This document shows positions 18,769 through 26,614 of a stretch of DNA of 64,000 nucleotides, piece after piece. The position numbers and the translations under genes were made by a program. Numbering within the stretch: position 1 is the stretch's first letter; each line of letters begins with the position of its first letter. The DNA comes from an uncultured virus (IMG/VR IMGVR_UViG_3300042477_000802) (Duplodnaviria > Heunggongvirae > Uroviricota > Caudoviricetes): the IMG/VR virus record IMGVR_UViG_3300042477_000802, positions 1 through 64,000 of that record. One strand, written 5' to 3'. The notes beneath the pieces are model-generated. The model did no database searches and was not told the origin of the DNA. It was given only the letters and a program-made list of their open reading frames with translations.

Positions 18769-19020
18769 TTACCACAAAGTTTTTAATTTAAGTACTCGAA
18801 AATATTCTTCTTCTGAATATTCTTCGCCTTGAAGATACCAGAATTTCCGCCCATCATTATATTCCTTGGCAGGACCATCTTCTCGATGTCTTTTGCCATG
18901 AATCCACCACTCTTTATCTCCATTAACATACTCTATGGCGGGACTATTTTCTCGATGGTATTTATGACCCAAATAATAATATGTAGCATGTTCAGTGATA
19001 ATTTTTAGATGTTTTACCAT
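18769..19020 (-). CDS. HREDGPA-repeat family protein (cluster E)
   Basis: 2 repeats; MVK start. Confidence 0.88.
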   Translation of the reverse strand: MVKHLKIITEHATYYYLGHKYHRENSPAIEYVNGDKEWWIHGKRHREDGPAKEYNDGRKFWYLQGEEYSEEEYFRVLKLKTLW

Positions 19021-19256
19021 AAAGATTTTAATTTAAGTGCTCTCCAATATTCTTCTTCGGAATATCGTTTGCCTTGAAGGTACCAATATTTAGTTCCATC
19101 ATTATTTTCTATGGCGGCACCATCTTCTCGATGTAACTGACCATGAAGATACCAATATTTATCTCCATTAGTATTTTCTAGGGCTGGTCCATCTTCTCGA
19201 TGAAGTTTGCCATTACAAAAATAATGTTTATTATTAAACATATCTGTATATATCAT
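19014..19256 (-). CDS. HREDGPA-repeat family protein (cluster E)
   Basis: 2 repeats. Confidence 0.88.
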   Translation of the reverse strand: MIYTDMFNNKHYFCNGKLHREDGPALENTNGDKYWYLHGQLHREDGAAIENNDGTKYWYLQGKRYSEEEYWRALKLKSLW

Positions 19257-19257
19257 A

Positions 19258-19851
19258 TTACCATAAAGCTTGCAATTTAACTAATCGCCAATATTTTTCT
19301 GGCGAATATTTTTTACCTTCTAGGTAAAAAGTTTTACTTCCATTAGAATGTTCTATAGCCGGGCCATCTACTCGATGGCGCAAATCATAACGCCACCATT
19401 CTTTAGTTCCATTAGCATGGATAATGGCTGGTCCATCTTCTCGATGTCGTTGATCATAACGATACCAATATTTATCTCCATTAGCCAATTCTATGGCAGG
19501 ACCATTTTCTCGATGTAATTCATCATGATGATACCAGTGTTTATCTCCATTGGCCTTTTCTACTGCTGGACCATCTTCTCGATGGAGTTGATCATGAAGA
19601 TACCATTCTTTACTGCCATCAGACCATTCTATGGCTGGACCATCTTCTCGATGTCGTCGATCATTAACCCACCACTCTTTAGTTCCATCAGCCTCTTCTA
19701 CTGCAGGGCCATCTTCCCGATGGTATTTATCATAAACCCACCAAGATTTATCTCCATTAGGATATTCTACTGCTGGACCATCTTCTCGATGAAGCTGGTT
19801 ATTCCAGCGATATCTTTTAACGCCATGTTCATCTATCTCAATTTTTTGCAT
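19258..19851 (-). CDS. HREDGPA-repeat family protein (cluster E)
   Basis: 7 repeats. Confidence 0.9.
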   Translation of the reverse strand: MQKIEIDEHGVKRYRWNNQLHREDGPAVEYPNGDKSWWVYDKYHREDGPAVEEADGTKEWWVNDRRHREDGPAIEWSDGSKEWYLHDQLHREDGPAVEKANGDKHWYHHDELHRENGPAIELANGDKYWYRYDQRHREDGPAIIHANGTKEWWRYDLRHRVDGPAIEHSNGSKTFYLEGKKYSPEKYWRLVKLQALW

Positions 19852-19855
19852 ATTG

Positions 19856-20242
19856 CTACCATAAAGCTTTTAGTTTAACTACTCGCCAATATTCTTCTTC
19901 TGAATAGCTTTTACCTTGAAGGTGCCAATATTTATGGCCATGAGTATTTTCTATAGCTGGGCCATCTTCTCGATGTAAATTTCCATAATAATACCACTGC
20001 TTAAATCCATTAGCATAATCTATGGCCGGACCACCTTCTCGATGAAGGTGATCATAAATAAACCATTCTTTGTCTCCATTAACCTTCTCTACAGCCGGAC
20101 CATTTTCCCGATGTCTTTGACCATTAAAAAACCAATGCTTATCTCCATCATACCATTCAATAGCTGGACCATCTTCTCGATGGAATTTGCCATTCCAATA
20201 GTATTTTTTAGTTCCACGTTCATCTATTATAATTTCTTGCAT
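19856..20242 (-). CDS. HREDGPA-repeat family protein (cluster E)
   Basis: 4 repeats. Confidence 0.9.
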   Translation of the reverse strand: MQEIIIDERGTKKYYWNGKFHREDGPAIEWYDGDKHWFFNGQRHRENGPAVEKVNGDKEWFIYDHLHREGGPAIDYANGFKQWYYYGNLHREDGPAIENTHGHKYWHLQGKSYSEEEYWRVVKLKALW

Positions 20243-20245
20243 ACT

Positions 20246-20629
20246 TTACCATAAAGTTTTTAACTTGACTACTCGCCAATATTCTTCTTCAGAGTATTCT
20301 TTATCTTGAAGAAACCATCGTTTCTCTCCATCAGCATATTCTACTGCTGGACCATCTTCTCGATGGAGTTGACCATAAATCCACCAAGATTTATCTCCAT
20401 TATAAACCTCTACGGCTGGCCCACCTTCTCGATGGTACTGGCCATAAAAATACCAACATTTATCTCCATTAACATATTCTACTGCGGGACCATCTTCTCG
20501 GTGGCGTTGACCGCGAATCCACCAAGCTTTATCGCCATTTATATATTCTATAGCCGGACCATCTTCCCGATGAAGATCTCCATTACAATAATAAAATTTA
20601 GTACCAATTATATCTATAATTTCTTGCAT
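20246..20629 (-). CDS. HREDGPA-repeat family protein (cluster E)
   Basis: 4 repeats. Confidence 0.9.
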   Translation of the reverse strand: MQEIIDIIGTKFYYCNGDLHREDGPAIEYINGDKAWWIRGQRHREDGPAVEYVNGDKCWYFYGQYHREGGPAVEVYNGDKSWWIYGQLHREDGPAVEYADGEKRWFLQDKEYSEEEYWRVVKLKTLW

Positions 20630-20632
20630 ACT

Positions 20633-20840
20633 TTACCATAAAGCTTTTAGCTTAACTATTCGCCAATACTCTTCTTCAGAATAGTGATCGCCTGCTAGGT
20701 AAAAACTTTTTCTACCATCAGCATGTTCTATGGCCGGCCCATCTATTCGATGCCGTTGATCATTACGATACCAAGCCTTATATCCATTGGCTCCTTCTAA
20801 TGCTGGACCATCTTCTCGATGAAGAGCGCCATAAATATCT
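20633..20840 (-). pseudogene. 5'-truncated HREDGPA gene
   Basis: 2 repeats plus tail WRIVKLKALW; no in-frame start. Confidence 0.75.
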
Positions 20841-20969
20841 TATGTGCCATAATCTTGCTTTCTGAAAAGTGTGGTCGGCCATGATGGTAACGCTCCATCG
20901 TCTATAGACATTTTATTTAAAATGTATAATTTTATGTAAATTTATACTAATATAATTTCATATAAATGA

Positions 20970-21551
20970 ATGAAACTATCTCAATGGGCAAAAAAGAATG
21001 GATTAACTTATCAGACAGCATTTAACCTTTTTAAAAAAGGTCAGTTGCCAGGAAAAGTTATCCAGCTGTCATCTGGAACTATTTTAGTAGAAGAAGATTC
21101 AGTAGTTAAAAATAATCAATCATTAAAAACCTATGTTTATTGCAGAGTATCTTCTTCCAATAAGAAAGATGATTTAAATAGACAAATAGAAAGATGTTTA
21201 CAATTTTGTACTGCCAACGGCTGGGAAGTAGAGAAAGTTTATAAAGAAATTGCTTCTGGAATGAATGATAATAGAAAGCAATTAAATCTTTTATTAAATT
21301 CCGAGCCTAAAAGAATTGTAGTAGAACATAAAGATAGATTAACAAGATTTGGATTTAATTACCTAGATAGACTGTTAAATATTCTGGGATATCATCTAGT
21401 TGTTATCAACAGAGATAAAGAAGATGAAAACGATCTAATTAAAGATTTAATTGCAATAATTACTTCCTTTTGTTGTCGACTATATGGATTACGAAGAGGC
21501 GCTAAAAAAGTAAAAGCAATTAAAAAAACATTAGAGGAATCTAGTGATTAG
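20970..21551 (+). CDS. tnpA: IS607 serine recombinase TnpA
   Basis: MKLSQWAK HTH; YCRVSS; DDLNRQ; EIASG; DRLTRFG; RLYGLR. Confidence 0.93.
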   Translation: MKLSQWAKKNGLTYQTAFNLFKKGQLPGKVIQLSSGTILVEEDSVVKNNQSLKTYVYCRVSSSNKKDDLNRQIERCLQFCTANGWEVEKVYKEIASGMNDNRKQLNLLLNSEPKRIVVEHKDRLTRFGFNYLDRLLNILGYHLVVINRDKEDENDLIKDLIAIITSFCCRLYGLRRGAKKVKAIKKTLEESSD

Positions 21552-22803
21552 ATCTACGAAACACTATCTGCAAGATTGTAATTCTGGAAAAAAAGAAATA
21601 ATTTCTTCTTTCTTGAAAGAATATCGATTTGCAGTTCAGTCTTATATTGATTACATTTGGTCAAACAAATTATTAGATCATAATGGAAGAATCATTTGGA
21701 GCATTAATGACGATTTATTATTTCTTCCAAAATTTTTAGATTATAAAATAATAAGTCATGATAAATTATCTGCCAGGGCTCTTTCTGCGGCCTTATCCCA
21801 AGCAATTGGAATCGTTAAAGGCAGGGTATCGATTAGAAATAAAATATTATATATTATTAAAAAAAGAAAAGAAGAGAATAAGTCTTCCAATTATTGGGAA
21901 TCAAAACTTGAAAAATTAAAACTTACAAAACCAATTATTGGATCAAATTTTCAAGCAGAGCTGTCTCAAAAACAAATAGAAATACGAGAAAGTTCAAATC
22001 ACTTTAACTTGTTTATTAAGTTGTATGGAACTGGTTTTGATATTGTTAAAATTCCTATAAAATATCACAAACAAGACCAGAAATGGATTTCTTCATCTGG
22101 AAAAAGATTGGCAGGAGTTTTAATCAAAGAAAATTGTATTCAATTAAGATATGAAGTTCCAGTTCCCACTAAAAAGGTCGGAAAAACTGTTGGAGGAGAT
22201 ACTGGATTAAAAACAGCTCTTACTTTATCTAATGGGCATAAAACTCCAGAGAAAGATAATCATGGTCATTCTTTAGATTCTATTTGCAATAAAATTGCCA
22301 AAAAGAAAAAAGGATCAAAAGCTTTTAATAAAGCTCAGGATCATAGAATGAATTTTATTAATTGGTCCATTAACCAATTAAATTGGAAAGATATTGGTCA
22401 AGTCAATCTTGAACATGTGTATGATATTAAACGAGGAAAAAGAACTAGCAGAAAAATGTCTGCTTGGAGCAATCTTTTAATTCATAATAAAATAACAAAA
22501 GTTTTAGAAGAGGTTGGGGTCCAACTGAATCTACAATCCAGTCCATATCGGTCTCAGAGATGTTCTGGATGCGGAATAGTACGAAAAGCAAATCGCAAAG
22601 GTAAGGAATATAAATGTAAAGAGTGCAAGTTGCATATAGATGCAGATTTAAATGCGGCACTTAATCATGAAATAGATCTTCCTGAAATACGATTTTATTT
22701 TCGGCAGTATTTATCGAAACTATCTAGTTTCTATTGGAAATCAGAAGGTTTATTTGATAATACTGGTCAGGAGCTTAGAGTCCCTGGCACAAACAAAAAC
22801 TAA
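21544..22803 (+). CDS. tnpB: IS607-type TnpB
   Basis: GGDTG, NLE, SQRCSGCG...CKEC, DADLNAA. Confidence 0.88.
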   Translation: MIRSTKHYLQDCNSGKKEIISSFLKEYRFAVQSYIDYIWSNKLLDHNGRIIWSINDDLLFLPKFLDYKIISHDKLSARALSAALSQAIGIVKGRVSIRNKILYIIKKRKEENKSSNYWESKLEKLKLTKPIIGSNFQAELSQKQIEIRESSNHFNLFIKLYGTGFDIVKIPIKYHKQDQKWISSSGKRLAGVLIKENCIQLRYEVPVPTKKVGKTVGGDTGLKTALTLSNGHKTPEKDNHGHSLDSICNKIAKKKKGSKAFNKAQDHRMNFINWSINQLNWKDIGQVNLEHVYDIKRGKRTSRKMSAWSNLLIHNKITKVLEEVGVQLNLQSSPYRSQRCSGCGIVRKANRKGKEYKCKECKLHIDADLNAALNHEIDLPEIRFYFRQYLSKLSSFYWKSEGLFDNTGQELRVPGTNKN

Positions 22804-22895
22804 ATATATTTTTATATATTTATGTTAACTCTACTGCTTATCAGACAGTGACACTTAACTTTTGTACGAATGGCCGATTAAAAATATTTAATATC

Positions 22896-22969
22896 TGGAG
22901 CTAACGAACGGACTCGAACCGCCAACCGCCTGTTTACAAAACAGGGCTCTACCATTGAGCTACGTTAGC
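22896..22969 (-). tRNA. tRNA-Thr(UGU)
   Basis: CCTGT-TT-TGT-AA-ACAGG; canonical D and T loops; CCA. Confidence 0.92.
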
Positions 22970-23005
22970 TTATGATAAGCTATATTTTCAAATATAGTTA
23001 ATAAC

Positions 23006-23070
23006 TATAATGACAAAAATTGTAATTGATATAATTTAATCCGATGTAATCAATTACGGCATTCATTATA
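23006..23070 (-). ncRNA. Y-RNA-like (putative Ro60-binding) hairpin 1
   Basis: Two-stem hairpin with internal loop AUGCC/AAUUUUUG; 3 covarying copies; TROVE gene nearby. Confidence 0.55.
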
Positions 23071-23083
23071 TTTAATTTTAAAA

Positions 23084-23152
23084 TGGCGCCAACTAGCCGT
23101 TACGATCGGCTTTAGTCTTCTTTTAAGAGATTAAAAATCTATCTCTATTGGC
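23084..23152 (-). ncRNA. tRNA-like element lacking a normal anticodon arm
   Basis: GCCAAU/GUUGGC acceptor-like stem plus GCCA end; AGCCG-AUCGUAA-CGGCU T-arm; GAGAU/AUCUC D-like arm. Confidence 0.5.
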
Positions 23153-23165
23153 AAGACAGCTGCCT

Positions 23166-23197
23166 GTCTAGATATTTAGGGATTCTAGCTTCCATTA
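23166..23197 (-). repeat. 32-nt dispersed repeat (pseudoknot-like), copy 1
   Basis: TAATGGAAGCTAGAATCCCTAAATATCTAGAC. Confidence 0.85.
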
Positions 23198-23198
23198 A

Positions 23199-23270
23199 TA
23201 TATAATGACAAAAATTGTAATTGATGTTTTTATCCAATTAAATGTAATCAATTACGGCATTCACTATATA
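23199..23270 (-). ncRNA. Y-RNA-like hairpin 2
   Basis: Near-copy of 23006-23070 with a different apical loop. Confidence 0.55.
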
Positions 23271-23274
23271 CTTG

Positions 23275-23347
23275 CTCTACTTCCAGGATTTGAACCTGGG
23301 ACCCACGGCTTAACAGGCCGCTGCTACTACCGCTGAGCTAAAGTAGA
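23275..23347 (-). tRNA. tRNA-Asn(GUU)
   Basis: GCGGC-CT-GTT-AA-GCCGT; TTCAAAT T loop; CCA not encoded. Confidence 0.92.
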
Positions 23348-23377
23348 ATAATCTATTCAATAGATATCGTGTAGTCT

Positions 23378-23397
23378 GTCTCCACTAATGGAGCAAT
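23378..23397 (-). repeat. solitary Cas12j(CasPhi)-like repeat hairpin, copy 3
   Basis: minus strand ATTG-CTCCA-TTAG-TGGAG-AC. Confidence 0.65.
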
Positions 23398-23423
23398 AAA
23401 GGCTTTCATCGCACTTAGTAGTC

Positions 23424-23455
23424 GTCTAGATATTTAAGGATTCTAGCTTCCATTA
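23424..23455 (-). repeat. 32-nt dispersed repeat, copy 2
   Basis: TAATGGAAGCTAGAATCCTTAAATATCTAGAC. Confidence 0.85.
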
Positions 23456-23476
23456 TTTATCATCCAAGATGGATGA

Positions 23477-23562
23477 TGGTAGCCCAGGAGGGACTTGAAC
23501 CCCCACACCCGAAAAGGTACCTAATCTTGAGTTAGGTGCGTCTGCCATTCCGCCACTAGGCC
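23477..23562 (-). tRNA. tRNA-Leu(CAA)
   Basis: CCTAA-CT-CAA-GA-TTAGG, long variable arm, CCA. Confidence 0.93.
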
Positions 23563-23575
23563 ATATTTTACTGTT

Positions 23576-24049
23576 CTAGATATTTAACATCTGTTTTTTA
23601 ACACAATAAGTTGGAGTTTGCGAATGACAATTAGGACACAATATTCTTAAATTAGAGAGAGAGTGATTGGTATTATTACCATCAATATGATCTAAATGTA
23701 AAGAAATTGGTTTACCTTGCCAATCAACAATCCCACACTGACTACAACGATAATTGAGTATTTTCTCCTTCAATAATCTATTTTTGAGATGATAGGTATT
23801 AAAGTTACTATTTTCTACTAAGATTTCTGACAGTGGAATCTTAGCATTCCAAGAATGCGTCTTCCCTTGTAAATGACCTTGACCAGTAAAATGGTCAAGG
23901 GATACTTGTAATCGTTTGATTCTAGCATAGAAGGATTTATAATTTCCTCCAGCCGGAGTTAAGTTTTGTGCTAGTAATACCTCTGCAATAGAGGTAGAGC
24001 GATTAACTAACTCGATAAACTCGAGATCTGATATTTTCGATTTAGCCAT
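23576..24049 (-). CDS. HNH endonuclease
   Basis: CSQCG..W.G....LHLDHIDGN..N....NLRILCPNCHSQT. Confidence 0.9.
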   Translation of the reverse strand: MAKSKISDLEFIELVNRSTSIAEVLLAQNLTPAGGNYKSFYARIKRLQVSLDHFTGQGHLQGKTHSWNAKIPLSEILVENSNFNTYHLKNRLLKEKILNYRCSQCGIVDWQGKPISLHLDHIDGNNTNHSLSNLRILCPNCHSQTPTYCVKKQMLNI

Positions 24050-24057
24050 TTAAAAAT

Positions 24058-24125
24058 AAATGTGATGACTAAAATTTTTATAGATTTTTATCCTAATGTA
24101 ATCCATAAATGCATTCATCACATTT
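24058..24125 (-). ncRNA. Y-RNA-like hairpin 3
   Basis: Diverged stems (AUGUGAUGA/UCAUCACAU) with the same AUGC/AAUUUUAG internal loop and UUACAU..GGAU apex. Confidence 0.5.
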
Positions 24126-24127
24126 AG

Positions 24128-24210
24128 TAGCCCAGGAGGGACTTGAACCCCCACACCCGAAAGGGTACCTGATCTTAAGTCAGGCGCGTCTGCCATTCCG
24201 CCACTAGGCC
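24128..24210 (-). tRNA. tRNA-Leu(UAA)
   Basis: CCTGA-CT-TAA-GA-TCAGG; near-identical to tRNA-Leu(CAA). Confidence 0.93.
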
Positions 24211-24253
24211 ATATTTACTTCTTTAAGTATTTGTTTTATTATTTACCCGCTTT

Positions 24254-24285
24254 GTCTAGATATTTAAGGATTCTAGCTTCCATTA
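24254..24285 (-). repeat. 32-nt dispersed repeat, copy 3
   Basis: Identical to copy 2. Confidence 0.85.
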
Positions 24286-24304
24286 TTTGTCATTTGAGAT
24301 GACA

Positions 24305-24381
24305 TGGTCGGGACATCGGGACTTGAACCCGTTTTAGAGCTTTATAAGAACTCCGAGGAACACCCTTCCTCCCTGCTCCCG
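24305..24381 (-). tRNA. atypical tRNA-Ile(UAU)
   Basis: GAGTT-CT-TAT-AA-AGCTC; 6-bp D stem; 4-bp T stem; bulged acceptor; CCA. Confidence 0.7.
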
Positions 24382-24396
24382 ATAATATTTAAAATT

Positions 24397-24472
24397 TGGA
24401 GCAACTAGTGGGATTCAAACCCACACCCTCTGAGTGGAAGTCAGGAATGCTATCATTAAACACTATAGTTGC
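24397..24472 (-). tRNA. tRNA-Gly(UCC)
   Basis: CTGA-CT-TCC-AC-TCAG; GCAACTA/TAGTTGC; U73-CCA. Confidence 0.88.
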
Positions 24473-24476
24473 TTAT

Positions 24477-24552
24477 TGGCGATCCTAGTGAGAATCGAAC
24501 TCGACATTAAAAGATTGAAAGTCTTTCATCTTAACCATTAGAAGATAGGACC
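24477..24552 (-). tRNA. tRNA-Glu(UUC)
   Basis: AAAGA-CT-TTC-AA-TCTTT; CCA. Confidence 0.88.
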
Positions 24553-24579
24553 ATATTTATTAGATTATAATTAGACATT

Positions 24580-25482
24580 CTAGTTTCCAGTATTTAATGG
24601 AATTAAGGATTTTATTTGATTCAATAACTTTTCTCTATCTTCTAGATTTCTAATCCCAGTCCAGGGAATTCGATGCACTTGCCATCCTACTTGAGATAGG
24701 TAGGTATCTTTATTGAAATCAGACTTTTTTCTTTCTGGAAGATTATGTTGCTTGCCATCTACCTCTAATGCAATTTTAGAATCAGGAATTGTAAAATCAA
24801 TAAACCATTTATTCACCTTTAATTCCCTAATATAATTAACATTCAATTCATCTAAAATGGAGGCTACATATTTTTCTGGATATGACGGAATCAATTTATT
24901 CCGAGTGGCCCAGCCAGGATGAATACCTAACGCTACTCTTTTCTTAATAGCTTGAGAAATTTTTTGCCTAGTCAATGGAGACGGATTATTTTTTAAATAA
25001 CACAAACAATCTGGAGAACAAGTTTTAGTAATTGATTTGCCTGAAAAGAATTCTTTGTTACATACTTGACAATTTAAGGTATACTGTACTTCACCATTAA
25101 GTATGGTTGTACGTTTAGTGGAACCATGTAACTTTAATAAAGTATGAGATTTTTTTAATCTACTAGAAATAGTAGAGACTCGTTTCTTAAAGAAACGATT
25201 AGCACAAGAATAAGAACAGGTTATCTTTCTATTTTTAGAAAGAGTAGAAAAACTATTAAAACAAATCGGACAAGATTTTGTCGTCCGATCGTGAGTTCTT
25301 TGAGAACGACGAGTTGCTGTTGCATCAAAATGTTGTGTAGAAACTTGTAGTCGATCAATTATTTGCTGAATCGATTTCCAAACTTTACCATTAAAGTAAG
25401 TAAATCCTAATTTTCTAGCTAGATCGGATTTGCAAGTAGCTGCATGTATGATATTTATCAATTCATCGTCAGATAGTTCCAT
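24580..25482 (-). CDS. DUF559/Vsr-like (PD-(D/E)XK) putative homing endonuclease with Zn fingers
   Basis: SYPEK...WFIDF...IALEVDGKQH...D..KD..L...GW.V.RI; CPIC/CSYSC and CQVC/CSPDC. Confidence 0.82.
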   Translation of the reverse strand: MELSDDELINIIHAATCKSDLARKLGFTYFNGKVWKSIQQIIDRLQVSTQHFDATATRRSQRTHDRTTKSCPICFNSFSTLSKNRKITCSYSCANRFFKKRVSTISSRLKKSHTLLKLHGSTKRTTILNGEVQYTLNCQVCNKEFFSGKSITKTCSPDCLCYLKNNPSPLTRQKISQAIKKRVALGIHPGWATRNKLIPSYPEKYVASILDELNVNYIRELKVNKWFIDFTIPDSKIALEVDGKQHNLPERKKSDFNKDTYLSQVGWQVHRIPWTGIRNLEDREKLLNQIKSLIPLNTGN

Positions 25483-25503
25483 GTTGGAACATATATCAGA
25501 TGT

Positions 25504-25579
25504 TGGTCGAGGATGTACGATTTGAACGTCTCTACGTCGGTCCAGACGACGGGTGCTACCAGGTTACACTTCATCCTCG
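25504..25579 (-). tRNA. atypical tRNA-Pro(UGG)
   Basis: CGTCG-TC-TGG-AC-CGACG; 8-bp acceptor CGAGGATG/CATCCTCG; short T stem; A73-CCA. Confidence 0.8.
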
Positions 25580-25624
25580 ATGAATTATTATATTATAAAG
25601 GAACAACAACCTTAATTTGTTGTA

Positions 25625-25711
25625 TGGTCCCGTCTGGGGGAATCGAACCACTTAGCTCATTGGCAACTGTTTTACAGACAGCGGATCCTCCCAGGGATCT
25701 AGTCAGACGGG
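25625..25711 (-). tRNA. atypical tRNA-Tyr(GUA)
   Basis: GCTGT-CT-GTA-AA-ACAGT; 8-bp acceptor CCCGTCTG/CAGACGGG; 5-bp D stem; weak T stem; CCA. Confidence 0.75.
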
Positions 25712-25833
25712 ATAATTTCCCAGAGTGGGAAAATAAGCAATATTAATATGACTTATTATGCCCTATAATATAACCTCAAAGTGAAGATTGTCAAGGGCTG
25801 TTTATTTTTTTTAATACTGACAAGTTGCATACT

Positions 25834-25865
25834 TAGGGGTGTGTGAAAAAATTTAGTCGCTGGGA
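25834..25865 (-). promoter_or_regulatory. bipartite phage promoter-like motif, copy 1
   Basis: TCCCAGCGACTAAA-N14-CCTA, upstream of the tRNA cluster. Confidence 0.7.
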
Positions 25866-25890
25866 TTCCAGCCACACTAGAATCGAGATA

Positions 25891-26589
25891 TTAGGGTTCA
25901 CTGAAAAGATCCCAGAAATCGCTGGCATCTAAACCTTGACCAGTATCTTCTAGTGGAGCTAAGTCTTGAATATTAACTTGGTCCCATGGAGTATTAACAG
26001 GAAGGGAGATCGCTGGTATAACTGACGAATACTCTCCAAATCCTAGTAAAGCTGGTTGATGATAATGATGATGAGTAATTCTCCATTTACCCAAACTATT
26101 TCCAGAAATACAAGTAAATTTAGCAGCATCTCCTGAGCCAGGATCTAAGACAAAACCAATATGACGAAACCAAGCGGTATGTGGCTCATTGGGGCGACTA
26201 CGATCAAAAAAAACAGGGTCTCCTACTTTTATCTGATAATTTCCATTTTTAACTTCGCTAAGTGGCCGATAAGTATCAAGTTTTTGCATATCAGCTATTA
26301 TTTCTACTACCCCTAAACGAAAGCCATGAGGAGGAGTTTCGTGAGGCAAAAGTGATTGTGATAAGGTAAAAGAGACTGCGGCACTACACCAATTACCCAC
26401 CCTAAATGTTTTTCCAATAGGAAATTCTTTTCCATTAACTAATCGGGTGCAAATAGAAAAGTATTCTCTAATACGAGGAGAAGTAAAAGAATTAGGTTTA
26501 TCTTCTGCTACTTTATTAGCTAATTCTTGTTGGGCGAAAGTTATACAACGTTCGCCCAACGTTAATTTAGGATTCTGCCATGGTTCCAT
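25891..26589 (-). CDS. CHAP/NlpC-like cysteine amidase (putative peptidoglycan hydrolase)
   Basis: NWCSAAV; GD..FF.R; RHIGFV; SGNS. Confidence 0.65.
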   Translation of the reverse strand: MEPWQNPKLTLGERCITFAQQELANKVAEDKPNSFTSPRIREYFSICTRLVNGKEFPIGKTFRVGNWCSAAVSFTLSQSLLPHETPPHGFRLGVVEIIADMQKLDTYRPLSEVKNGNYQIKVGDPVFFDRSRPNEPHTAWFRHIGFVLDPGSGDAAKFTCISGNSLGKWRITHHHYHQPALLGFGEYSSVIPAISLPVNTPWDQVNIQDLAPLEDTGQGLDASDFWDLFSEP

Positions 26590-26614
26590 GGCAGAATATT
26601 TAATAATTAGTAGA

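Larger units (their letters stand above)
20903..22829 (+). mobile_element. IS607-family element (tnpA serine recombinase + tnpB)
   Basis: Overlapping tnpA/tnpB, AT-rich ends; boundaries fixed by the interrupted tRNA. Confidence 0.9.
20872..22876 (-). tRNA. tRNA-Ile(GAU) split by an IS607 element
   Basis: 5' part 22830-22876 (CGGCCAT..., ACTGT-CT-GAT-AA-GCAGT); 3' part 20872-20902 (GATGG-AGCGTTA-CCATC-ATGGCCG-A-CCA). Confidence 0.85.

Noticed and set aside
2887..22803. TnpB proteins as the Cas12 effector for the CasPhi-like hairpins
   Set aside because: Both are ~380-420 aa with IS ends or a tnpA partner, typical transposon TnpBs; Cas12j is much larger
25513..25746. 77-aa plus-strand ORF
   Set aside because: Antisense to tRNA-Pro and tRNA-Tyr
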